The translations under genes and the position numbers were made by a program. Shown here in pieces: positions 11,032 to 19,685 of a stretch of DNA of 22,560 nt. The notes below the pieces were generated by a model. It was not told the DNA's origin and searched no databases. It worked only from the letters and a program-made list of their open reading frames with translations. The number at the start of each line of letters is the position of its first letter. Positions within the stretch are counted from its first letter, which is position 1. The stretch covers positions 1 through 22,560 of the forward strand of contig JBJCIZ010000223.1 in the NCBI GenBank assembly GCA_051294375.1, in the 5' to 3' direction. This stretch comes from Paraspadella gotoi. Lineage: Eukaryota > Animalia > Chaetognatha.

Positions 11032-11252
11032 TATATTGAACGGTTCTGTCACTAACAGATAACAATAATTACTGTCTCTTCATTGGTAGGCCCGACTTCC
11101 GAACACAACAGCAACAACAACACTTTCAGGCGACATGCCTCAACCTGGCGATGCACTTTCCGCCCACACACATCAGGCAACATGCCTCAACTTGGTGACG
11201 CACTTTCCACCAACAACAATTCACTGAAGAGACGCAACAGACATCTTCCTAC

Positions 11253-11264
11253 AGGAGGGGGGGA
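11253..11264 (+). promoter_or_regulatory. Polypurine tract of family B element
   Basis: AGGAGGGGGGGA abutting the TG of LTR2; repeated at 11672-11682. Confidence 0.9.
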
Positions 11265-11299
11265 TGTATGGTGGACTAAAACCCACCAACCGTTCATCA

Positions 11300-11371
11300 G
11301 CGGCCATTGGTGCCGAGGCAAGTCATTCGCCTCCCAACCCAAAGGTCCGGGGTTCTAGCCCGGTGGTCGTC
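11300..11371 (+). promoter_or_regulatory. tRNA-derived (Gly-CCC-like) head with Pol III A/B-box-like motifs inside the LTR; also in LTR1 (10884-10954), LTR3 and the solo LTR (18917-18989)
   Basis: Acceptor-like GCGGCCA/TGGTCGT, T-arm CCGGG-GTTCTAG-CCCGG, anticodon-loop-like CTCCCAA, ~72 nt; anticodon stem is broken, so not a functional tRNA. Confidence 0.7.
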
Positions 11372-11372
11372 T

Positions 11373-11448
11373 GGCAGTTAAGAGGGACGGGGCGCTTACC
11401 CGCCTGTAACATGGGTGTTACAGCCTGATCCGAAGCTCAGGGACTGCT
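11373..11448 (+). ncRNA. Twister ribozyme type P5 in LTR2 (family B)
   Basis: Same fold; the TAA is read as TA here (real loss or homopolymer error). Confidence 0.72.
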
Positions 11449-11500
11449 TATATTGAACGGTTCTGTCACTAACAGATAACAATAATTACTGTCTCTTCAT

Positions 11501-11513
11501 TGGTGAGCCCGAC
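11501..11513 (+). promoter_or_regulatory. Primer-binding site (tRNA-Trp-like) of family B element
   Basis: TGGTGAGCCCGAC one base after the LTR CA; 12/13 match to TGGTGACCCCGAC, the complement of the common animal tRNA-Trp 3' end. Confidence 0.8.
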
Positions 11514-11791
11514 TTCCGAACACAACAGCAACAACAACACTTTCAGGCGACATGCCTCAACCTGGCGATGCACTTTCGCCCACAACACATCAGGCAACAT
11601 GCCTCAACTTGGGTGACGCCACTTTCCACCAACAACAATTCACTGAAGAGACGCAACAGACATCTTCCTACAGGAGGGGGGATGTATGGTGGACTAAAAC
11701 CCACCAACCGTTTCATAGCGGCCATTGGTGCCGGAGGCAAGTCATTCGCCCTCCCAACCCAAAGGTCCGGGGTCTAGCCCGGTGGTCGTCT

Positions 11792-11869
11792 GGCAGTTAA
11801 GAGGGACGGGGCACTTAACCCGCCTGTAACATGGTGTTACAGCCTGATCCGAAACTCAGGGACTTGGCT
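11792..11869 (+). ncRNA. Twister ribozyme type P5 in LTR3 (family B), T2 pair mutated
   Basis: L4 reads TCCGAAAC instead of TCCGAAGC; P1 GGCACT; otherwise the same fold. Confidence 0.68.
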
Positions 11870-12058
11870 TATATTGAACGGTTTCTGTCACTAACAGATA
11901 ACAATAATTACTGTCTCTTCAACTTTTTAAAATTTTTTGTTTATTAATGAAAATTTAAAAGAAAAAAATTCAGCCAATAATGATGATGATGACGATTTTT
12001 TAAGGTTTTTTCTATTTTTACTAATTTTTTCAAAATTTGAAAAAAAATTATAGTACTA

Positions 12059-12673
12059 TGTAGGATCGAACCACGGACTTTTTCGTTTGGAGTGATCCGG
12101 TCATCATCCGGGACCAGCCAGGGTCACAAAAGAATCATTTTTCGAATGTACATAATTATCTTATAAACTTTACAATTACAATAAAAGGATCACCAACGGG
12201 ATTCGATCCCGTAACTTTGTAGCCACGTTCATAGCCTTAATCAAAGTCGCCACAGCGACATATTGCGTATTGATATTCCATTGGTTTACTTATGATTGTA
12301 GCATATATACTATTATAATACTAAGACAAAAGAACACCATAAAACCGCTAGATAGCACTAGCAATAATTGTTATGAATTCTACTTGTAGAATCTTTCCAC
12401 TTTAATTTCTTTGCTCTCTTACAAAGGACATTTTATATTGTTAATGTTTATTTACATTGTTGTTTATTTACATTCTTTATATTTAATGTTAATGTTTATT
12501 ATTGTGTGTGATATAGATATTGCAATTGCTTGCTGATAAAAGCATTTGAATATCTATATGCTTTGATTATTTTATTAAGTCTGTTTTTATACTTGAACAA
12601 ATAAAGACTTTGTTCTGGGAAAATTTTAATTATTCAAAGTGAACTCTTGAAGTCAGTGACGAAAACCGCCACA
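12059..12673 (+). repeat. 5' LTR (615 bp)
   Basis: TGTAGGATCG...CCGCCACA, direct repeat of 17419-18037. Confidence 0.97.
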
Positions 12674-12676
12674 TCT

Positions 12677-12690
12677 TGGTGAAACCCGAC
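12677..12690 (+). promoter_or_regulatory. Primer-binding site (tRNA-Trp-like, imperfect)
   Basis: TGGTGAAACCCGAC three bases after the 5' LTR. Confidence 0.75.
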
Positions 12691-12761
12691 ATCGAAATCG
12701 ACGCCTCCCAAATTCTCTAGAGGCGCCTTCCAACCTTCTGAACTCCAACATCGGCCCACCG

Positions 12762-13904
12762 ATGCCGCTCAAGCCAGAGGGCCCAACTACTCGGTCGCAG
12801 AGCATCGCCAATCGCCTCACGACGCCATCCTGTCCCCGACGCCTCACCCCCTCTCCCCGTTATAGCGAAGAAGAAGTTGAAGCACCCCCAGCAAACCGTA
12901 AAGGCGGCCCAACGTTCTCCTTCTCTCCTGAGGACGTCAACGCCTTTGAGGACGCCCAGGCAACTATGGCTGAAGCTCCGCCAACTCAGGCAGAGATGCA
13001 GGCGCTCCGCACCGCCCTCGACGCTGCAATGGCGGCGACCAAGGCTGCACAAGATGCTTTGGCCCGTAACGACAGGCCAAAAAAGCCTGAGCTCCCTCCA
13101 TTTGACAAAGACAATATTGAAATATGGATTCGCCGCGTTGAAGCGGCCTACGTCCGCGCTAAAATTATTTCTCCCACGGATAAGTTCGCGTTTCTTGAAT
13201 CAAAAATTTCCGTCGACGTCAACCCAAGGATCAACGCTTATCTTTACGGCGAAGCATCGGACGCCAACTGGGCGGCGTTCCTCGTTTATCTCCGCTCCGA
13301 GTACGGCCTCTCCACGCGGCGCCAAGCCGAAAACCTGCTCGACGGCCGCGTCAACCGAGATGGCATGAAACCATCTCAGCACTTGGCCAGGCTCACCGAC
13401 CGTACGGCGACCGTTTCCATCGACGATGTCCGTAAGGAGATAATCATGCGAGGCCTGCCCCCGGAAATCCGCGCGAATCTCGTCGACCGCGCCAACGAAA
13501 TGACCGCCGTACAATTTGCAGAAGCCGCCGACCGCCACTTCGACGCGGAGGGAAAGCCGTTGCACTCAAGCACAGCTCCGCAAATTAATTTGGCCGACGC
13601 TCAGAGGGACGTCAGCGACGACGAAAGCGATCAGGAGCCTCTCAGCGGCATCAACGCGGTTCAAGGTCGTCATGAAAAACGCCGCCCCTTCATTCCGCGC
13701 GGCCACCCAAAATTCGACGACGTCAATCAACGTCAACCGGAAACGAGCGGCGCCCAGACTTCCAAGCTCAGGCGTATTTGCAGATTCCATCTCAAATATG
13801 GCGACGCAGCATTCCGTTGCGAAAAAGGTTGTGCTCGAGCAAATGAAAAGCGCAACGAGAAGGAGATGAAAGCGGGAAACGCCATGGCGGGCCGGCGACG
13901 GTGA
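12762..13904 (+). CDS. gag: Gag (380 aa)
   Basis: LPPFDKDNIEIWIRRVEA capsid-like N-terminal motif; CRFHLKYGDAAFRCEKGC = C-x2-H-x9-C-x3-C knuckle typical of the CsRn1 clade. Confidence 0.95.
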   Translation: MPLKPEGPTTRSQSIANRLTTPSCPRRLTPSPRYSEEEVEAPPANRKGGPTFSFSPEDVNAFEDAQATMAEAPPTQAEMQALRTALDAAMAATKAAQDALARNDRPKKPELPPFDKDNIEIWIRRVEAAYVRAKIISPTDKFAFLESKISVDVNPRINAYLYGEASDANWAAFLVYLRSEYGLSTRRQAENLLDGRVNRDGMKPSQHLARLTDRTATVSIDDVRKEIIMRGLPPEIRANLVDRANEMTAVQFAEAADRHFDAEGKPLHSSTAPQINLADAQRDVSDDESDQEPLSGINAVQGRHEKRRPFIPRGHPKFDDVNQRQPETSGAQTSKLRRICRFHLKYGDAAFRCEKGCARANEKRNEKEMKAGNAMAGRRR

Positions 13905-13920
13905 ACGCCGTGCCCCGCCA
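13874..13920 (+). promoter_or_regulatory. -1 programmed ribosomal frameshift signal
   Basis: G GGA AAC slippery heptamer (13874-13880) in the gag frame; GC-rich hairpin TGGCGGG-C-CGGCG...CGCCG-TGC-CCCGCCA (13885-13920); the -1 frame is open from 13874 into pol. Confidence 0.88.
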
Positions 13921-16900
13921 AACCAAAGATTCGCCCACAAGATCCTATCTGCTCCACGTCGTCGACGCCAGCGACGGCCGAGCATGGCTTGTGGATGGCG
14001 GCGCCCTACTATCACTTATACCACCTACGCCAGAACAACGCGCCGCTGGCCCACAAGGTCCACAATTGCAGGCCGCCAATGGTAGTGCAATTGCCTGTTA
14101 TGGCACTAAGCAGATGCGAATTACCCTTGGCCCCCGCATTTTCCCCTTTGAAGTTCTCGTCGCCGATGTAACCCAAAATATTCTCGGCGCCGACTTCCTC
14201 GCCGAATTTTTCTTGGCACCAAACCATCGCGATGGAATCCTTTTTGATCTCAGAGATTATTCTACCATCTCCTGCGCCAAGTCAATCGGCCAGCCCCCTT
14301 CTCCAATCAATTTTGTCGGGCAGAAGGACGACCGTTTTTACCAACTGCTTGACAGCTTCCCAGCCCTGTCTAAGCCAACTTTCGAAGTTAAGGAGCCAAA
14401 GCATGGGATCCACCATTTCATCCCAACTCAAGGCCGTCCATGCCAAGCACGTGCCCGCCGACTGTCTCCGGAGAAGTTGGCCATTGCCAAGGCCGAACTC
14501 GATCGCATGGTGGCACTTGGCATCGCGGTCCGCGCCAAGAGCCCCTGGTCCTCGCCGCTGCATTGCGTTCCAAAGTCTGACGGCGGCTGGAGAGTGTGCG
14601 GCGACTACCGCCGTTTGAACGCCCAAACAGTTGCCGACCGTTACCCGGTTAAATTGTTGGCCGACTTCAACGCTCAACTGGCCGGCAAACACATCTTCTC
14701 GAAGGTGGATCTACTGAAAGGTTACCACCAAATTCCAGTAGCCCCAGAGGATGTGCCAAAAACCGCCGTCATAACGCCTTTTGGACTATATGTCTTCCTC
14801 CGGACGCCCTTTGGCCTGAAAAACGCTGGCCAAGATTTCCAGCGGCTCATGGATGAAATCTTGGGAGAGCTGCCGCGAGTCTACGTCTATTTAGACGACA
14901 TCCTGATCGCCAGTGAAACTCCCGAGCAGCACCTTGAGGATCTCAGGGCCGTTTTCTGCGCCCTGGAGGAGAATGGACTCGTGGTCAACAGGAAAAAATG
15001 TCTCCTTGGCAAATCGTCACTCGAATTTCTCGGGTATTTCGTCGACGAGAGTGGCGTCCGTCCCTTGCCCCAACGCGTCGAAGCCCTCCGTCAAACGACG
15101 CCGCCAACGACGGTCAAGGAGTTGCAGCGTTTCTTGGGGATGATTAACTATTATCGGCGTTTCATCCCCAAGATCGCTCACCACGCAACGCCACTCTACG
15201 ACTCACTTCAAGGCAAACCAAAGCACCTCGAGTGGACGCCAGAGTGCCAGCGTGGTTTTGACGCCGTCAAGGAGGCACTCGCAAACTCCGTCCTCCTCCG
15301 TCACCCACGAACCGGTGCTCAGCTTGCGTTGACAACGGATGCTTCCGACCATGCTGTAGGCGCTGTACTGGAGCAGCGTGGAGACAGGGGGTGGGAGCCT
15401 CTCGCCTTCTTTTCGGCCAAACTCTCCGACAGCCAAAGGAAGTGGCCCCCCTTTGACCGCGAACTATATGGCGCTTTCCGCGCCTGCCGTCATTTCCGGC
15501 CATGGCTCGAGGGGAGGGCGTTCACGCTCTACACAGATCATATGAGCCTGATCCCCGCCCTCCACAAGAAAAGTGAGCCCCAAACGGCGCGCCACACTTT
15601 CCAGTTGTCCGTCATTTCGGAGTACACAACGGACATTCGCCATGTCGAGGGCAAGGCTAACGTCGTTGCGGATGCCTTGTCCCGTCCAAACCCACCTCTG
15701 CCCCCGGTTGTGGCGTCAATCGACAAGCCCGTCGAAGCCGCAAAGGAAGAGGATCTCTCACTAGTCGCCGCGGCGCTCGCCCCTCAAGGCATCGACCTTC
15801 AAGACCTTGCTCGCTGCCAGCCACTCGACCGGGATTTCCGCCAACTAATGGAGGATTCCCGCACTGGCCTGAGATTCCGCCGAGTTAACATTGGCGACCA
15901 GGAAATCATTGTCGATGTGTCAAATGGGCCGGCACGCCCGTTTGTTCCCGAATCTTGGCGCCGGCGAGTTTTTGACGCCATTCATGGCCTTGGTCACCCA
16001 GGGATCGCACGTACCCGCGAAACAATCGCGGAAAAGTTTGTCTGGCCCACAATGCGAGCGGACGTCACCCGCTGGGCCCGAGACTGCATCCCATGTCAAC
16101 AAGCCAAGGTCTCGCGACACGTCGTCCCACAAATTGGCGAATTCGAAGTCCCTCCACGCCGTTTTCAACATATTCACGTCGATCTGGTCTCCATGCCCAC
16201 CTCAAACGGTCACTCATACCTGCTAACTGCAGTTGACCGTTTCACAAGGTGGCCAGTGGCCATTCCAATCAAGGACATGTTGGCTACCACGGTCGCCGAC
16301 GCCTTCACACATGGCTGGGTTGCCTCCTTTGGCATCCCGTCCGACATCACAACTGATCGTGGATCACAGTTCCTCTCTGCAATTTGGCGCCAACTCGCGA
16401 AATCCTGGAACTGCAGGCTCCACCACACTGCAGCCTACCATCCAGAAGCCAATGGACTGGTCGAGCGCTTTCACCGCCGCCTTAAAGAGTCATTAATCGC
16501 TCTCGGCGTCGAGGAGCCCGCCAAATGGTACTGGCGCCTTCCTTCCGCCCTCTTGGCGATTCGTACGACCATCAAACCCGATATCGGCGCATCTCCAGCT
16601 CAACTCGTCTATGGCGACGGCCTCACGATTCCTGGCGCCGTCTTAAACTCCAGCGCCAACGCCCAAGAGGAAGCTGAGGCACGGCGCCACCTTCGCGATC
16701 ACCTTCGCCTCGAAGTGGAACGACTGCAGCCGGCGCCCACCAGTAACCATCGCCAGCCCCGCGTCCACCTTCCGGACAGCCTCGTAACCGCATCTTACGT
16801 TTTCGTCCGACGAGGCGGCGTGAAACCGGCATTGACCGCGCCCTACGAAGGCCCCTTCAGGGTAGTCGGGCGTGATAATTTGAACTTCCGAGTGGAACTT

Positions 16901-17455
16901 CCAGGAAGAGGAGTAGAAACTATCGCAATCTCCAGAATCAAGCCAGCGAACGTCTGGGACGACGTCATCGAGGACGACGCCCCTCCGGAAGAAGCGTCAC
17001 CGCCAACGCCGCCGCCTCGCGGCCGGCGACCTGGCCCCCGAACTCGGAACATTCCCCCATCGTCAATCGTCACTCGCTCAAAAGCAAAAAGAGATAATAG
17101 AACTCAAGCAGTGAGTGAATCTCACGTCGAAGGCGAAGACCTCGCGGCGCCACTTCCGGCCACGCCCTCCCTCCATTCGGAGCAAATCGGCGAATCAACA
17201 GAAGCGGCCCGGGCTCATCCCGCCGCTGATCCGTTTCCCGTGACACCTCAACGCTTAGATCTCGCCGTCCAAGCATCGCCAGATGATCCCCGGCCGAACG
17301 TCAACGCGTCGTCACGCCCAGACTACGCATCGGTCCTCAGATTTATCCTCGCGAAGCAAAAGGAGCCCAAACGTGTCTCTCTCTCCTCGTCTCCCTCAGT
17401 CAACTCGTCTGGGGGGGATGTAGGATCGAACCACGGACTTTTTCGTTTGGAGTGA
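13874..17455 (+). CDS. pol: Pol polyprotein (protease, RT, RNase H, integrase), expressed as a Gag-Pol frameshift fusion
   Basis: LVDGGA protease; YLDD RT; TDASD...ADALSR RNase H; HGLGH...CIPC, HVD/TDRGSQF/VER integrase; PYEGPF GPY/F motif; no stops. Confidence 0.97.
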   Translation, partial: GKRHGGPATVNAVPRQTKDSPTRSYLLHVVDASDGRAWLVDGGALLSLIPPTPEQRAAGPQGPQLQAANGSAIACYGTKQMRITLGPRIFPFEVLVADVTQNILGADFLAEFFLAPNHRDGILFDLRDYSTISCAKSIGQPPSPINFVGQKDDRFYQLLDSFPALSKPTFEVKEPKHGIHHFIPTQGRPCQARARRLSPEKLAIAKAELDRMVALGIAVRAKSPWSSPLHCVPKSDGGWRVCGDYRRLNAQTVADRYPVKLLADFNAQLAGKHIFSKVDLLKGYHQIPVAPEDVPKTAVITPFGLYVFLRTPFGLKNAGQDFQRLMDEILGELPRVYVYLDDILIASETPEQHLEDLRAVFCALEENGLVVNRKKCLLGKSSLEFLGYFVDESGVRPLPQRVEALRQTTPPTTVKELQRFLGMINYYRRFIPKIAHHATPLYDSLQGKPKHLEWTPECQRGFDAVKEALANSVLLRHPRTGAQLALTTDASDHAVGAVLEQRGDRGWEPLAFFSAKLSDSQRKWPPFDRELYGAFRACRHFRPWLEGRAFTLYTDHMSLIPALHKKSEPQTARHTFQLSVISEYTTDIRHVEGKANVVADALSRPNPPLPPVVASIDKPVEAAKEEDLSLVAAALAPQGIDLQDLARCQPLDRDFRQLMEDSRTGLRFRRVNIGDQEIIVDVSNGPARPFVPESWRRRVFDAIHGLGHPGIARTRETIAEKFVWPTMRADVTRWARDCIPCQQAKVSRHVVPQIGEFEVPPRRFQHIHVDLVSMPTSNGHSYLLTAVDRFTRWPVAIPIKDMLATTVADAFTHGWVASFGIPSDITTDRGSQFLSAIWRQLAKSWNCRLHHTAAYHPEANGLVERFHRRLKESLIALGVEEPAKWYWRLPSALLAIRTTIKPDIGASPAQLVYGDGLTIPGAVLNSSANAQEEAEARRHLRDHLRLEVERLQPAPTSNHRQPRVHLPDSLVTASYVFVRRGGVKPALTAPYEGPFRVVGRDNLNFRVELPGRGVETIAISRIKPANVWDDVIEDDAPPEEASPPTPPPRGRRPGPRTRNIPPSSIVTRSKAKRDNRTQAVSESHVEGEDLAAPLPATPSLHSEQIGESTEAARAHPAADPFPVTPQRLDLAVQASPDDPRPNVNASSRPDYASVLRFILAKQKEPKRVSLSSSPSVNSSGGDVGSNHGLFRLE
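17411..17418 (+). promoter_or_regulatory. Polypurine tract
   Basis: GGGGGGGA abutting the TG of the 3' LTR. Confidence 0.9.
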
Positions 17456-18037
17456 TCCGGTCATCATCCGGGACCAGCCAGGGTCACAAAAGAATCATTT
17501 TTCGAATGTACATAATTATCTTATAAACTTTACAATTACAATAAAAGGATCACCAACGGGATTCGATCCCGTAACTTTGTAGCCACGTTCATAGCCTTAA
17601 TCAAAGTCGCCACAGCGACATATTGCGTATTGATATTCCATTGGTTTACTTATGATTGTAGCATATTATACTATTATAATACTAAGACAAAAGAACACCA
17701 TAAAACCGCTAGATAGCACTAGCAATAATTGTTATGAATTCTACTTGTAGAATCTTTCCACTTTAATTTCTTTGCTCTCTTACAAAGGACATTTTATATT
17801 GTTAATGTTTATTTACATTGTTGTTTATTTACATTCTTTATATTTAATGTTAATGTTTATTATTGTGTGTGATATAGATATTGCAATTGCTTGCTGATAA
17901 AAGCATTTGGAATATCTATATGCTTTGATTATTTTATTAAGTCTGTTTTTATACTTGAACAAATAAAAGACTTTGTTCTGGGAAACATTTTAATTATTCA
18001 AAGTGAACTCTTGAAGTCAGTGACGAAAACCGCCACA
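17419..18037 (+). repeat. 3' LTR (619 bp)
   Basis: Differs from the 5' LTR by about four single-base insertions, by eye. Confidence 0.97.
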
Positions 18038-18365
18038 CTAACTTTCATTTAACTTTTTAAGCTCTACAAGAACCCGTTCTTAAAAAAATAACATTTTTAA
18101 ATTTTTTTTGTCATTTGTTATATATTAATAAATATTTAAAAGCTTCATTGCAACAACCCAATGAACTAATTCAAAAAGTTACATTGAAAATCGATTTAGT
18201 AGTAGAAGGAAAAAAGAAATTTTTTTCAGAGAACTAGAAGTTATAAAAAGTGATTAAACATTGTTATCGGAATAATAATTTTATCAATTTTATGTATTTT
18301 GTAAGTATTTTAAGTATTTTTATTCAGTGAGTAAAATAACAACTTTTTTATTCGCTAATTTTTAT

Positions 18366-18440
18366 CTCTCTCTCTCTCTCTCTTTGCAATTGCAACGATC
18401 CTTATGCTCATTTTTCTGCTCTCTCTCTCTCTCTCTCTCT
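18366..18440. repeat. Two (CT)n microsatellites
   Basis: CT runs at ~18366-18384 and ~18419-18440. Confidence 0.9.
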
Positions 18441-18881
18441 GGAGAAAGCGATGCCTTTTTATTTGCGTATAATTGTTTAGTTTCGTTTAGATTGATAGAA
18501 TCATTTGTTTCCGTTGAATATCTGAATTTTCTCTTCCCCGCGATCAGCTGTTTCGAGAGCTAACTAACGAGCATGTTTCAGTTTAATCTTTCACAAGTCT
18601 TTTACTCTCAATTCAAACACGTGTAAAAATGAAAAGGAAAATACTTTAAATAATGTTTGTGCTATAAAGCTGCCAATGTTTTATTCTCTATTCTGGAACC
18701 CAAATTGAAGGTTAATTTGCATTGGATTTATATTGAATTGTACTTAGGTTATATATATTACTTTTAAGTTTAAAGTTTAAGGTTTATTTAATACTAATTT
18801 AGCATTGTCTATTTTTTGTAGTTTTAACTTCTTCTTGAACTTGCCTACCTTGTCCTTCTTCTTCACATCACATTGGTTCCT

Positions 18882-19117
18882 TGTATGGTGGACTAAAATC
18901 CACCAACCGTTCATCAGCGGCCATTAGTGCCGGAGGCAAGTCATTCGCCTCCCAACCCAAAGGTCCGGGGTTCTAGCCTGGTGGTCGTCTGGCAGTTAAG
19001 AGGGACGGGGCACTTAACCCGCCTGTAACATGGTGTTATAGCCTGATCCGAAGCTCAGGGACTGCTTATATTGAACGGTTCTGTCACTAACACATAACAA
19101 TAATTACTGTCTCTTCA
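18882..19117 (+). mobile_element. Solo LTR of family B miniature element
   Basis: TGTATGGTGG...CTCTTCA, near-identical to the LTRs at 10848-11921; no PBS or PPT in the flanks. Confidence 0.95.
18991..19066 (+). ncRNA. Twister ribozyme type P5 in the solo LTR
   Basis: Intact core; P3 has a G-C to G-U change that keeps pairing; predicted cut 19015/19016. Confidence 0.82.
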
Positions 19118-19685
19118 CTTGCTTATTTGTCTACTTACCATGAATATTTGTACCTGAGATTGGAAATTGTATTATCTCAAAATGTGGCTACTGTTTCTGC
19201 TTTATTACATGGTTCTAAGAATATAAGGTTATAGTTAAGGTGTTTTACATGTTAGAACTGTTTGGTTTCCAAAGATACTTATTTGAGAGCAGGTTATTTG
19301 ATTTGAATTGATTTGAATTCAATAATTAATTAGGGCACAGATTAGGGCACTCTAGAAGAATAGATATGAAACTTAGATTTGTTTTATTTGCGATAATCTC
19401 GGATTATCTAGGTCGCGCGTTAAGAAGCGCTTCAGTTTAAAACTTCAGATTTCTGAGTGCCAGTTTGTGGCTTCGATTCTCTTGTGCCCTTTTTTAATTT
19501 ACTTGGTTTTATGATTTAAGCTTAAGGCTTACTGATGTTGCTGCTTTATTGTTCTCAAACCCTTGGGAGTTCAAGTAAGAAGGTTTGGCCTTCTCCTGTT
19601 TGACAGGACCAAGCCTCAAGGCTTTTGTCTATTGCTCATTTTGTCTATAAGGATTCATTGATTTTTATGCCATGGCTAATAGCCA

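Larger units (their letters stand above)
10848..11921 (+). mobile_element. Non-autonomous miniature LTR retrotransposon (TRIM/LTR-retrozyme-like, family B), tandem LTR-I-LTR-I-LTR
   Basis: Three ~235-bp TG...CA repeats (10848-11082, 11265-11499, 11683-11921); PBS TGGT(AG/GA)GCCCGAC after LTR1 and LTR2; PPT AGGAGGGGGG(G)A before LTR2 and LTR3; ~182-bp non-coding internal region. Confidence 0.93.
12059..18037 (+). mobile_element. Full-length Ty3/Gypsy LTR retrotransposon, CsRn1/Kabuki-like clade
   Basis: Two near-identical TGT...ACA LTRs, PBS, PPT, intact gag with CHCC knuckle and pol in PR-RT-RH-IN order. Confidence 0.98.

Noticed and set aside
11224-11250. CTGAAGA in the family B internal region as a hammerhead
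   Set aside because: No stem II closure and no GAAA box.
11083-11800. Short ORFs across the family B array, and ORF 8085-8321 in family A
   Set aside because: Frames differ between near-identical units and no protein motifs are present; the elements are non-coding.
7856-11921. Repeat-spacer-repeat layouts as CRISPR arrays
   Set aside because: Repeats are 140-235 bp, spacers are near-identical to each other, there are no cas genes, and the context is eukaryotic.
12533-12568. CTGATAA plus AAAGCAT/ATGCTTT hairpin in the Gypsy LTR as a hammerhead
   Set aside because: G8 is absent and the stem is followed by GATT, not GAAA.
12653-17276. Many alternative-frame and antisense ORFs within the Gypsy element
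   Set aside because: Expected by-products of GC-rich gag/pol coding sequence.
18600-19680. 5' LTR and PBS of the BEL/Pao element
   Set aside because: Plausible by position, but there is no second LTR in the window and no convincing PBS, so boundaries cannot be set.
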